A DNA stretch of 64,000 nucleotides from Stegostoma tigrinum. Its lineage: Eukaryota. Position numbers and translations under genes: made by a program. The DNA is taken from positions 96,269,187 through 96,333,186 of the forward strand of contig NC_081362.1 of NCBI RefSeq assembly GCF_030684315.1, written 5' to 3'. Below, piece after piece: positions 14,056 through 26,930 of the stretch (position 1 is its first letter; every line of letters starts with the position of its first letter). The notes below the pieces were generated by a model. The model was not told the DNA's origin and ran no database searches. It worked only from the letters and a program-made list of their open reading frames with translations.

Positions 14056-14381
14056 TGGTGACTTGGAGTAGACTTTCTCTCCCGTAGGGCAGTAATAGAC
14101 ATCAGTGTCACTGGGCTGCATGTTTGTGATTGTCAGAATGAAGCTATTACTGGCAGGGTCTGTGGAAGGCTGGAATTACTTCGTGAATCCTGAGCTCCAT
14201 TATTTAGCCATTTTTGCGACGTGTTAAAACTTACACAATATGACTTTCCAGTTTTGTTGGGCCCATTTAACAGTGATGTGTGTTACTGCAGTGTTGCTCA
14301 TGGTGCATTGTAACAGGGCCGTATGCCCGACAGTGATACATTCCAGGCTCAGAAACTGGAGAAGGATGAGAGAATTTGCAC
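14056..14381 (-). pseudogene. Gene A V exon 2 (VJ-type, frameshifts and stops)
   Basis: ttccccaaaag|GT GCA.. reads ANSLILLQFLSLECITVGHTALLQCTMSNTAVTHITVKW...SFILTITNMQPSDTDVYYC..YGRESLLQVT|gtaacg. Several indels and stops. Confidence 0.8.
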
Positions 14382-15519
14382 CTTTTGGGGAAAAGATCAA
14401 GATTTTGAGAATCAGTTCTCAAGGTTACAATGTGCTGCCAGGTGTTCAAAGAGACAGTTCAAATGGAACAAGTTCTGTATTAAATTGGGAACTGGTTTCA
14501 GATTAAACCAGTGGAGTTGGAGCAGATGAAACAAAACATCTTTAATTCATAAATAACTTTAATATCTTTTTGTATCAACAATTCAAGACCATGAGGCCAC
14601 AACAAAGAGGAATAAGAGGAGACTGTTTGCCTTCACGAGCTAGGCTCATGATTCAATAGGATCCTGGCTGATCCGACATTCCTCAGGTCAACTTTACTAC
14701 ATTTTCCCCATTTTGTTTGATTCTTTGACTGATCAAGTATCTCTCTGTCTTAGTCTTGACTATACATAGGGGCTTCCCTACAGCTCTCTGTAGCAACGAT
14801 TTTCAAAGTCTCACATTTCCTCTGATGGAAGAAATTCCTCCATGCTTCAATTTGGTGTTTCATAATTCTGAGACTGTACCCTCTAATCCAAGACCGTCCC
14901 ATGATGGGAAACATCCTCTCAGCATTGACCCAGTCAAGTTCCTTAAGAATGCATTATGTTTCAATAAGATCACCTCTCAATCTCCTAAATCCCAGTGAGG
15001 AAGTCCCAACCTTTATTTTTTATTCACTTGTGGAACATAGGCATCACTGGCGGGACAAGATTTATTGACTTAAAAAAGTGGTGGCAAGCTGGTTCCTTGA
15101 CACACTGCAGTCTATATGTTGTAGATGGACCCCCCAATGCCTTAGGAAGGGAATTCCAGGATTTTGCACCCATACAGACAAGTGGACAATATTCCATCAT
15201 ACCTGACTTGTGCCGTGGTGATGGTGGACAGGATTTGTGGAATCAGGAGGTAAGTTACTTACCACAGTATTTCTAGCCTCTGAGCCGCTCTTGCTACCAC
15301 TGTGTTTATGCAGCAAGTCCAGTTGAGTTTCTGGTCAATGGTAACCTTATGGATAGTGATGGTGGTGGGTTCACTGATTGTAATCCTATTAAATGCAAGG
15401 GGGCAGTGGTTAAATTATGTCTTATTGTAGATAGCCACGGCCTGGCAACTGTTGAGCATGGATTTTACTTTCCCCTTGTCAGCCTAATCATAGATATTTT
15501 CCAGATCTGGTTTTGTTTG

Positions 15520-18500
15520 GGGAAATTTACTAAGGCAGGGGGATGAGAACCAAAATTGCAGTTCGTCTATAGAAAAGGTTGAGAGTAGGGATGTCCAAAA
15601 TAAAGTTTCAGGGATGCAAAATGGCACCGGCAAGCAAGAAGTTGGTTTGAAGTGTGTCTACTTCAACGCCAGGAGCATCCGGAATAAGGTGGGTGAACTT
15701 GCAGCATGGATTAGTACCTGGGACTTCGATGTTGTGGCCATTTTGGAGACATGGATAGAGCAGGGACAGGAATAGTTGTTGCAGGTTCCGGGATTTAGAT
15801 GTTTCAGTAAGAACAGAGAAGATGGTAAAAGGGGCGGAGGTGTGGCATTGTTAGTCAAGGACAGTATTACAGTTGCAGAAAGGATGTTTGGGGACTTGTC
15901 AACTGAGGTAGTGTGGGCTGAGGTTAGGAACAGGAAAGGAGAAGTCACCCTGTTGTGAGTTTTCTATAGGCCTCTGAATAGTTCCAGAGATGTAGAGGAA
16001 AGGATAGCAAAGATGATTCTCAATAGGAGTGAGAGAGACAGGGTAGTTGTCATGGGGGACTTCAACTTTCTAAATATCGACTGGCAACACTATAGATCGA
16101 GTACTATAGATGGGTCAGTTTTTGTCCAGTGTGTGCAGGAGGGCTTCCTGACACAGTATGTAGATAGGCCAACAAAGGGCAAAGCCACATTAGATTTGGT
16201 ACTGGGTAATGAGCCCGGGCAGGTGTTAGATTTGGAAGTAGGTGAGCACTTTGGTGATAGCAATCACAGTTCTGTCATGTATACTTTAGTGATGGAAAGG
16301 GATAGGTGTATACCACTGGGCAAGAGTTATAGCTGGTGGAAAGGCAATTACAGTGAGATTAGGCAAGATTTAGGGAGCATAGGATGGGGAAGGAAACTGC
16401 AGGGGATGGGCTCATTAGAAATGTGGAGCTTATTCAAGGAAAAGCTCCTGTGTGTCCTAGATAAGTACGTACCTGTCAGGCAGGGAGGAAGCTGTAAAGC
16501 GCGGGAGCTGTGGTTTACGAAGGAGGTGGAATCTCTGGTCAAGAGGATGAAGAAGGCTTATGTTAGGATGAGATGTGAAGGTTCAGTTAGGGCGCTTGAG
16601 GGCTACGAGGTAGCCAGGAAAGACCCAAAGAGAGAGCTCAGAAGAGCCAGGAGGAGACCTGAGAAATTGTTGGTGGATAGGATCAGGGTAAACCCTAAGG
16701 ATTTCTATAGGTATTTAAGGAATAAATGAATGATGAAAGTAAGATTAGGCCCAATCAAGGATAGTAGTGGGAGGTTGTGTGTGGAGTCAGAGGAGATAGG
16801 GGAAGCGCTAAATGAATATTTTTCAACAGTATTCACTCTAGAAAATGACAATGTTGTCGAGGAGAATACTGAGATAAAGGCTATTAGACCAGGTGGGATT
16901 GAAGTTCACAAGGAAGAGGTATTAGAAATCCTTCAGAAGGTGAAGATAGATAAGTCCCCTGGGCGGATGGGATTTATCCTCGGATCCTCTGGGAAGCCAG
17001 GGAGGAGATTGCCGAGCCTTTGGCATTGATCTTTAACTCGTCATTGTCTACAGGAATAGTGCCAGATGACAAATGTGGTTCCACTGTTCAAGAAGGGGAG
17101 TAGAGACAACCCTGGTAATTATAGACCAGTGAGCCTTACCTCAGTTGTTGGTAAAGTTTTGGAAAAGGTTATAAGGGATAGGATTTATAATCATCTAGAA
17201 AAGAATAAATTGATTAGGGATAGTCAGCAGGGTTTTGTGAAGGGAAGGTCGTACCTCACAAACCTTATTGAGTTCTTTGAGAAGGTGACCAAACAGGTAG
17301 ATGAGAGTAAACCGGTTGATGTGGTGTATATGGATTTCAGCAAGGCATTCAATAAGGTTCCCCACAGTAGGCTATTGTACAAAATGTAGAGGAATGGAAT
17401 TATGGGAGATATAGTAGTTTGGATTGTGAAGGGTCGAGGCCCGAAATGTCAGCTTTTGTGCTCCTGAGATGCTGCTGGGCCTGCTGTGTTCATCCAGCCT
17501 CACATTTTATTATCTTGGATTGGAAATTGGCTTGCTGAAAGAAGACAGAGGGTGGACGTTGATGGGTAATTTCATCCTGGAGACCAGTTACTAGTGGGAT
17601 AACGCAAGGGTCAGTGTTGGGTCCACTGCTGTATGTCATTTTTATAAATGACCTGGATGAGGGCGTAGAAGGATGGGTTCATAAATTTGCAGACGACACT
17701 AAGGTCGGTGAAGTTGTGGATAGTGACGAAGGATGCTGTAGGTTGCAGAGAGACATAGATAAGCTGCAGAGCTGGGCTGAGAGGTGGCAAATGGAGTTCA
17801 ATGCAGACAAGTGTGAGGTGATGCACTTTGGTAGGAGTAACTGGAAGGCAAAGTACAGGGCTAATGGTAAGATTCTTAGTAGTGTAGATGAGCAGAGAGA
17901 TCTCGGTGTCCATCTACACAGATCCTTAAAAGTTGCCACCCAGGTTGACAGGGCTGTTAAGAAGGCATACAGTGTTTTAGCTTTTATTAATAGAGGGATC
18001 GAGTTCTGGAACCAAGAGGTTATGCTGCAGCTGTACAAACTTCTCGTGCGGCCGCACTTGGAGTATTACATACAGTTTTGGTCACTGCATTATAAGAAGG
18101 ATGTGGAAGCTTTGGAAAGGGTGCAGAGGAGATTTACTAGGATGTTGCCTGGTATGGAGGGAAGGTCTTACGAGGAAAGGCTGATGGATTGAGACTGTTT
18201 TTGTTGGAGAGAAGAAGGTTGAGAGATGGCTTAATTAATACATATAAAATAACCAGAGGGTTAGATGGGGTGGATAGGGAGAGCCTTTTTCCTAGAATGG
18301 TGACAGCGAGCACGAGGGGGCATAGCTTTAAATTGAGGGGTGAAAGATATAGGACAGATGTCAGAGGTAGTTTCTTTACTCAGAGAGTAGTAAGGGAATG
18401 GAACGCTTTGCCTGCAACGGTAGTAGATTCGCCAACTTCAGGTACATTTAAGTCGTCATTGGATAAGCATATGGACGTACATGGAATAGTATAGGTGAGA

Positions 18501-18586
18501 TGGGCTTGAGATCGGTATGACAGGTCAGCACGACATCGAGGGCCGAAGGGCCTGTACTGTGCTGTAATGTTCTATGTTCTATGTTC
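15520..18586 (+). mobile_element. Near-complete CR1 ORF2 (APE endonuclease + RT), inactivated
   Basis: VMGDFN and LDLVL endonuclease motifs; NYRPVSLTS, YMDFSKAF and KFADDTK RT motifs; (GTTCTAT)n tail. Contains stops and a 96-bp insertion at 17427-17522. Confidence 0.92.
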
Positions 18587-18849
18587 ATTTGAACATAGCC
18601 TGCTTCAGTATCTGAAGAGTTGCAATTGGTGCTGAACCTGTTGAGCCTTTTCCTTGGAAGACAAGACCTCCATGCCAGTCATCATCCTGGAGAAACTTCT
18701 CTGATCTGCCATCAAAGAAATGGTATCTTTCCTTGAATTAGGGGACCAGAAGGCCCCACAGTACTCCAGATGTAGCCTCACTACAACTTGTAGAGTTGCA
18801 GTAAGAGTTCTCCACTCCTATATGCCAACAGGAACAGCACAATCAGAGT

Positions 18850-20345
18850 GTAGAACATAGGGCCTGTACTGTTCTTCAGCCCATGATGGTGTGCTGAACT
18901 TTTACCTGAAACCTAAGGTCTGTCTAACCTCCACCATTACATTACACTATGATCCATATGCCTATCTAATAGCCACTTAAATGCCCCTGATGAGGCCGAC
19001 TCCACTACCCACTCTGGCAATGCATTCCACACCCCTACCACTGAGTAAAGAACCTACCTCTGATGTATCCCCAATATCTACCTCCTTTCACTTTAAAGGT
19101 ACATCCCCTCATAAAAGCTACCCCGACCTGAGGAAAGACTGTCTGGCTTTCTACTCTATCTATACCTCTGATCACTTTGTACACCGCTATCATGTCACCT
19201 CTCATCCATCAATCTAAAGAAAAAAGCCCTCGCTGTCTCAATATTTCCTCAGTAAGGACATACTAGCCCTGGAGCATGTCCAGAGGAGATTCACACGGAT
19301 GATCCCTGGAATGGTAGGTTTAACGCATGATGAGTGACTAAGGATCCTGCGATTGTACTCATTAGAGTTTAGAAGGTTGAGGGGAAACTAATAGAAACTT
19401 ACAAGATAATGTATGGTTTAGAAGGGGTGGATGCTAGGAAGCTGATCCGTTGGGCGGGGAGACTAGGACCCATGGGCTCAGCCTTAAGATTAGAGGGGAT
19501 AAATTTAAAACTGAAATGAGACGACATTTCTTCAGCCAGAGAGTGGTGGGCTTGTGGAATTCATTGCTGCAGAGTGCAGTGGAGGCCGGGACGTTGGATG
19601 CCTTTAAGGCAGAGATCGACAAATTCTTGATCTCAAAAGGAATCAAAGGCCACAGGGAGAGTGCAGGGAAGTGGTGTTGAAATGCCCATCAGCCATGATT
19701 TAAATGGCGGAGTGGACTTGATGGGCTGAATGGCCTTACTTCCACTCCTATGTTTTATGGTCTTATGGTCTATGAGGCCTTCCATCCATTACAGGCAACA
19801 TCCTGGTAAATCTCCTTTGCACCTTTTCCAATGCCTCCACATCATTCCTGCAATAAGGTGACCAGAACTGGACACAATACTCCAGACATGGCCAAACAAG
19901 GCTTTTTGTTTAGCTGGAGCACAACTTCATGCTCTTGAACTCTATCCCTCTATTAATGAAAGCGAGCACATCAAAGGCCTTCTTACCAACTCTATCCACC
20001 TGGGTGGCAGCTTTCAGGGAACTGTGAACATGAACCCCAAGATCCCTCGGCTCCTCCACACTGCCAAGAATCTTTCCCTTCATCCTGTATTCTGCTTTCA
20101 AGTTTGTCCTTCTGAAATGAATCATCTCACACTTTTCAGGGTTAAACTCCACCTGCCACTTCTCAGACCAGCTCTGCATTCTATCAATGTCCCTTTGGAA
20201 CCTAGAACAGCACTATCCACAATGTGACCCAACTACATATCATCTGTGAACCTATTAATCCACCCTCCCACTCCTTCATCTAAGTCATTTACAGAAGTCA
20301 CAAATAGAAGAGGGTCCAGAACAGATCATTGTTGTCCACCACTCA
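18850..20345 (-). mobile_element. CR1 LINE (minus) with nested plus-strand CR1 3' fragment (~19255-19770)
   Basis: ORF 19910-20179 WQVEFNPEKC. The nested piece has FFSQRVVGLWNSL and a (TTATGGTC) tail. Confidence 0.8.
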
Positions 20346-21290
20346 TAATACGTGGAGTGATGTTGCCTGAAAAAGGGAAGCTCCTGATTATAGCTCCCAT
20401 CTTCACACTTTCCACACTCCCTGTCTGCAGCAGCGACTCCAAGATCCTTCCGTCTCCCAGTACCTTCTATCTGTGAAGAAATTGCACTGGGAGGTATGGA
20501 GAAGATGCAGCCTGGGATGGAGAACTTTAGCCACAAGGACAGGATGGATAACCTTCCTTTGTTTAAATGGAGTGAAAGGATGAGGGCTGATCTAATCAAG
20601 GAGGATAAATGATGAAAGGCATGTACAGGGTTGACAGAAAACAGCTGTTCTCCTTCATTTGAAGAGTCAATAATGAGATGAGCAATCTTAAAGTGAAAGT
20701 CAAGTTGTTTCAAGGGATTTGAAGAAAGATTCAATTCGCTGAAGGGTTTCTTCTGTGATACATCAAACAATGACTCTATTTCAGCTTCAATCCCAGTTCC
20801 AGCTGTGGGAGATTATGGAGAGTGAATCCTTCCCCTTGCCCTGCGCTTGATGTGGAATGTTTCCCTTTAACCTGAATCAAACCATTTTTCTCTTGAATGG
20901 AGAGTGATTCATGTGCCCCTTTGTGCTCTATGGTTTCATTCCAATTGCTGGGAGAACCACCCCACCCCCTGCAGAAGTGGCACCTCACAGAGCAATCTCC
21001 CTGTCTTTGCTCATTCATCCCAATGGCACTGACACATTTGTGAGTCGACGAGAATTAATATCACTCATTCTCCAAGATAAAACTCCACATTTCCTACAAA
21101 ATCCTTCTCCTGTTGTCACAAAAAATCTCCTTTCTTCCACACATACCCATCAGCATTGAACCTGAGCTCAACCTACTCCCCACAGTGAATCCATCTAAAA
21201 GATTACTCTCCATCACTTCCTCAATTCTCCATTTCATTCATTGGGCAAGAAGTTATTGCTGGAGAATATTATCATGTAAACTCTACTTAC

Positions 21291-21635
21291 TGTTTACAAT
21301 GAGCCAGCTTCCTCCACCACTGATACTTCCCTGGGCTGAGCAGTAATAGCCCTCACTCTCACGGGGCTGCACATTTGTGATGGTCAGAATGAAATTGTTA
21401 CTAGAGGAGTTTCTGGAAAAATGCAATCGCTCAGTGATTCCTGGGCTCAGTTGTGTGATGTTCCTCAAGCCACTTGTTAAAACCCAGAACAAGTTAATCC
21501 ATTTTTCCATCTGGTACCACTAAACATTGGTGTGTGCCACTGCGGTGTTCTTTACGATGAACTGTAACTGCGCAGTTTGACCCTTGGTCTCACTTGCCAG
21601 GATCGGAGATTGGAGAAGGACGAGGACATTTACAT
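21291..21635 (-). pseudogene. Gene A V exon 1 (VJ-type, defective)
   Basis: 345 bp, donor gtaagt. Reads VNVLVLLQSPILASETKGQTAQLQFIVKNTAVAHTNV*WYQ...NFILTITNVQPRESEGYYCSAQGSISGGGSWLIVN. First Cys is Phe, there is a TAG at 21520-21522, and the acceptor reads TG instead of AG. Confidence 0.85.
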
Positions 21636-22189
21636 CATCAAAAATAACAACTGCCAATGAATTAACAGCAGTCTGACTGCTCTGTCTTTGCGACAATGAT
21701 GCCATCTCCCACAGTATGTCCAAAGGAAACAGGATAAACAGAAGCAGATTGGAGACAAATATGAGAGTCTCAAACCCTGCCCCTCCAGCTCCTGGTAGAG
21801 GTCACAGAGCCAATGATTCCTCCGGGGTCAGTCCGAGGGAAATACTCCGCTAGAGTCAGAGTTGGTCCCACTGGAAGGTTGTGTCCCCTTCTCCAACAAT
21901 GTTGCATCCCTCTTCAGGTGAGATGAGGGAGGAAATTCAGCAGGGATTTGAAGGAACATAATTGTGGGAGAAGAATGACAGAGCCCAGCACAGCAATCTC
22001 TGATTATGGATGGGAGATCAATTTGCTTACGACACCAAGATAATGTTGAAAGTCAGTTGTCAGGATGGAGAGTCTCCAGAGAGAAAAAGACAGGTGAAGT
22101 AAATGGGCGAAATGTGGCAAATTGAGTATCATGTTGGAAGATGCAAAACTGCCCATTTTTTCAGGAGGAGCAGAAATCATTGAAAGGGT

Positions 22190-23520
22190 TGACTGTAAGA
22201 GTTGGTTACATGAGTAGGTCATTCAGCTCCAAGAGCTTGTTCTGCCTTTCGATGGGATAATGGCTGAATTGATGTTCTTCTTATCCACGTTCCTGCACTT
22301 TCCTGGAAACTGATTCAGAATCTATCCATCACAGCCTTAAATATTCACAAGGACACTGGCCCCAGAGATCTCCGTGTCAAGGAGATCAAAGTCTCAAAAC
22401 GCTCTGAGTGAAGAAATTCTTCCTCCTCTCCGTCTTAAATTGGTGTCCCTTTATTCTGAGACTGTGCCCACTGGTCCTATATTCTCCCATAAGGGGAAAT
22501 ATCCACTCAGCATTGACCTTGTCAAGTCCCTTAAGAATCCTGTGCATATCAATGAGATCACCTCTCATTCTTCTAAACTCCAGTAAGTAGAGTCCCAACC
22601 TGTTCAACCTTTGCTCATAAGACAATTACTCCATACCAGAGATTATCCTAATGAACACTCTCTGAACCACCTCCAATGAAATGATTTTTTTTTTAATGAG
22701 AGGAAAAGAACTTTTGACAGTACTTCAAATGTACTCTCCGTATCATCTTGTACAGTTGCAGTAAAAATTCCCTACTCTTGTACTCCAAGTCCCTGGAAAT
22801 AAAGGCCAACATTTCATTAGCCTTCCTGAATACCTGCTGCCCCTGTGTGCTAGCTTTCTGTGTTTTTTGTACAAGTAACCTTGTGCACCGTTCTGTTGTA
22901 GCTTTCTGCAATTTTTTACCATTCAAATAATATTCAGTTCTTTTGTTCTCCCTTCCAAAATGAACAACTTCACATTTTCCCATATTGTATTCCATTTGCC
23001 AGCTTTTTGCCCAATTTCTGAAATAATCAATATCCCTCTGTAAAATGTGTATCTCTCGCAAATGCCTTTTCACATATTTTTGTGTCATTTGAAATTATTT
23101 CTACAAAACATTCACCTCCTTCCTCCCAGTAATTATTTTCAGTCCCAGCACTCATCTCTGTGGAACCCACCAGCCTGAAAAAGTGCACCTTATCCCCACA
23201 CACAGTTTCCTACCCAAGAGCCAAATCTCTTGCTACACCAGTATACTCTCTCTTATTTAATGACTTAACCTTCTCTGGGATATCTTGTCAAATGCCTTAT
23301 GTCCACAAACAACATATTTACTGGTTTTTTTCTCCATCCACTCTTGTTGAGACTATCTCAAAAAGCTGATAAATTAATCAGGCTCGATTTCCTTGCATGA
23401 AGCCACACTGACTCTGCTTGATGCAATTATGATTTTCCAAACTGTCTGCTATTATATCCTAAATAGTTGATTTGAACAGTTTTCCAACAATAGATGTGAG
23501 ACTAATTGGCCAATGGTTAT
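22190..23520 (-). mobile_element. Old CR1 LINE fragment
   Basis: ORFs WQMEYNMGKCEV and SYEQRLNRLGLY..FFTQSV. Confidence 0.8.
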
Positions 23521-24839
23521 ACAATTTTATTCTCCATCCAAGGGAAGTGGGGCTTGTCCTCTTTAGAGTTTAAAAGAATGAAAAATAGATTTGACACAGC
23601 TCAGTTCCGTTGGGCCTTGACCGGGTGAGTAGAAGAGGAGATTGTTTCCCTTTTAGGGAGAGTCTGGGATCAGAGGGCAAAGCCTCAGAGGAAAGGGTCT
23701 CTGATGGGGATGAGATAGAATTTCTTCTCTTCGACAAAGTGAATCTGTGAAATTCTTTACCACAGAAGACTGTTGAAGTTGGGTCATGAAGTGCCTTCAA
23801 TTTTGAGTGTGACAGACTTTTAGTCAGACGTGGCATCAAAGGTTATGGGGAAAACGCAGGAAAATGGAGATGAGAACTATCGGAACAGCCAAGATGTCAT
23901 TTCGCGGCCAATTGGTGAAATGGCCGAAGTGTGTTCCTATGTCTTCTGGTCTCAAGGTCCAATTTAGCATTTAGCAGGGCATTGGATGATTATTTAAACA
24001 GAAACAATGTGCAGGATGAAGGGGAAAAGGCAAGTGATTGGCACCATGATAAAATTCTCAGAGAGCCAGTGCAGATGTGATGGACCGAATAGCTTCCTTC
24101 TTTCGCAGAACTTTTCTGTGATTGTGGGCACCGTGAAATTCCACTTTGTGTAGCAAACATTGTTCCCCCTTTTTCTGTTTCCTGGGTTCAGTTTGCAGCT
24201 GTTGTTCTGAAAAGCCAAACCCCGTCTCAGCTATATTGTCAAAATCACTCTTCCTACAGGCAGTCTCGCTCTTTGGTCTGGTGACGGTGAAATCCCCAAT
24301 TTGTTCCACATTATTGTCCCTCCATTAAATAGCTGGGAAATGGTGGAAGCACTGGTAGACACTCTACAGCCTCAGTCGGTGTGAAGCAGCAGCTTGAGAA
24401 TGGAGAAATAATGTGAGTGTCACCATGACTACATGGGAGAAACTGACTCTGAGTCACAAAGATATAAGTTCACCAACTTTACAAAAACAGCAATTTGTCT
24501 TTCTAATCCACCCCAACAAGACCAAGTGAACGCACAGACGAATCCAATGCACCCCAAATACACACCTCAATGTGCAGCCTGTCCCTCAATCCCATTCTCC
24601 CATTCAATGAACGACAGAAAAGGATGAGAGGAACATTTCATTTTCTGGTCTGTGCTCCCAGCCTGTGGAACTCTGTGTCAGCTGCACCAACCAATCTTCA
24701 GACAGTGATAAATTCTCCCTGTGACACTCTCCTCCAGTTCTCAATATTCGAACTTATCGAATTCACACCAACTCTTCAGCAGCATAAACAATGGGAACGT
24801 CTTTACAACAAGTTAAACCTCTCCAAAGCAAATACGTAC

Positions 24840-24891
24840 CCAAAGCAACACAGGGGGACAGGGTCACAGCAAATAGAGTTCCAGTAAGCAT
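24840..24891 (-). CDS. Signal-peptide (leader) exon of minus-strand paralog (gene A)
   Basis: Reverse complement ATG CTT ACT GGA ACT CTA TTT GCT GTG ACC CTG TCC CCC TGT GTT GCT TTG G|gtacgt gives MLTGTLFAVTLSPCVAL. Same 52-bp length and phase as the gene B leader, with homologous flanks. Confidence 0.8.
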
Positions 24892-25050
24892 ATCAATTCA
24901 GTGGCAACACTGTTTGTCCACACATTCCACTGTACATCTGGTTCATACATCGAAACACAAGATGTCCCAGACAAATGCAACTTCTTTAATGTTTCATTTC
25001 TCAGAAGTGAAAGGAGTTGAAGAGTCGGTAAAGGGGAAATTCAACACAGT
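24892..25050 (-). promoter_or_regulatory. Putative promoter/5'UTR of gene A
   Basis: Homologous to 32100-32262 and immediately upstream of the leader ATG. Confidence 0.4.
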
Positions 25051-25699
25051 TCTCCAGTTCCCGAAGGGGGACTGCAGTTTAGGCATGTTGCTTGTTCCAT
25101 TTCATGTTTTTCAATGTTTCTCTTTAACTTCATTTTAACCTGTTGGTTAACAAGCATTACTGAGTGGGCTTTCCATGAAGTGAATCTGATAACATTTATT
25201 GTTCATGATTTGTTCTCAGTGAATTTAACCTGAGAATTGCAGATTATTCACAGACACATTAAAGTTATAATTATAACTTGTGTTCTTTAAAACTCAGCAT
25301 TGTCATGATTCTCTGGAAATCCAGCACACTATTCCAGGAGTTGTCCCAGTCAGGAAAGACCTAGTCAAGCATTCCAAAGGCCCAGCTTACCCAAACAAGG
25401 AATTCAGGGCAAATGCAAACACACATCAGGTTACTGAGCTGAACAAGATAAGCTTGAGGTTAGTGCAGACTGTTTGTTATACCTAAAGGCAGAATGGAAA
25501 CACAATTTCTAACTGATACTGCCCTTTCTGAATTTCTCCTCTTCCATGTGAAACCGATCACCTAAGACATACTAGACATGGCTGTTAAGGGCCGTAAAGG
25601 AATGAAAAAAATCAGAGAAACACAGTTCAGTCGAAAAAATGCAGACCGAGAATTCAATCAGTTGCTTTTTCTTCATTTTAATTCAGATTAGTTTTTTTA

Positions 25700-26930
25700 T
25701 GTGTTAAGGTTATGCTGAGAAAGCTTTCGATAAGGAACCACTGAAGAGATTAATACATAAAATTCAAGAACAAGAACTGAGGACAGTGCACTGAAGTAGT
25801 TTGAGAATGCATTGGCAAACAGACAACAAAGAGTCACAATAAATGGGGCCTTTTCCTGAATGACAGGCCATGACTAGTGGTTTACTGTGGTATCTGTGGT
25901 TGGATCCCACCTGTTCACAATATCTATTACTGACTTTGAAAATGGAACTGAATGTAATATCTCCAAGTTTGCAGAGGACGCAAAGCTGAGTGGGAAGGAG
26001 AGCTGTGAGGAAGTTGTAGAGTTGCTGCAATAATATATGGACAAAACTACTGTGGTTTTATGGGGCATTGATTAGGCCACTTTTGGAGTATTGTGTGCAA
26101 TTCTGGCCTCCCTTGTAGAGGAAAGATGTGAAACTTGAAAGGGTTCAGAAACGATTTACAAGGATGTTGCCAGGGTTGGAGGGTTTGAGCCATCGGGAGA
26201 GGGTGAATAGACTGGGGCTATGTTCCCTGAAGTGTTGGAGGCTGAGGGGTGACATTTTACAGGTTTACAAAATCATGAGGAACATGGAAATCCTCAGTCC
26301 ACTTCCCCATCTAATCAAGATCCCTCTATAATTTTTGATAACCTTCTCTGTTGACGATTCTTCCTAATTTTGTATCATCTGCAAACTTACTAATCATGCT
26401 TTGTACACTCACATCCAGGTCATTTATGTAAATGACAAATAACAAAGGTTCCAACAATGGCCCCTGTGGCACATCACTAGTCATCGGCTTCTGGTCCTAG
26501 AAACAACCTTCAACCATCACCCTCTGCTTCCTACCCTCAAGCCAATTTTGAATCCAATTAGCTAGCTCTCCCGGGATACTATGTGACCTAACTTTCATGA
26601 CGAGCCTGCCATGTGGGACCTTGTCAAAGGCCTTACTAAAGTCCATATTGACAATATCCACTGCATCTTCAAAAAATTCTCAAAGATTTGTCAGACATGA
26701 CTTCCTGTGCATAAATCCATGCTGAATAACCTCAATCAGACCTTAACTATTGAAACGTTGGTTGATCCTGTCCTTCTGCATCCTCAGCCCACATCGGATG
26801 TGCTTGGAGGGATATGAGCCAAGTGATTGCAACTGTGATTACATTCATTTAGGATATCTGGTCAGTGTGAATAAGTTGTACTGAAGGGTCTGTTTGTGTG
26901 CTGTATATGCCTATGACTCTATGAGTGTTG
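25700..26930. mobile_element. Nested old CR1 fragments
   Basis: LERVQKRFTRMLPGLEGLS (plus) and RT-like sequence on minus at 26340-26780. Confidence 0.7.

Noticed and set aside
24444-24456. Palindrome TGACTCTGAGTCA containing an AP-1 site in gene A intron 1
   Set aside because: A short motif that could arise by chance; no counterpart seen in gene B.
25385-25430. Alternative minus-strand leader exon ending TTGG|gtaagc
   Set aside because: In-frame TGA in the phase-1 frame; the true paralogous leader is at 24840-24891.
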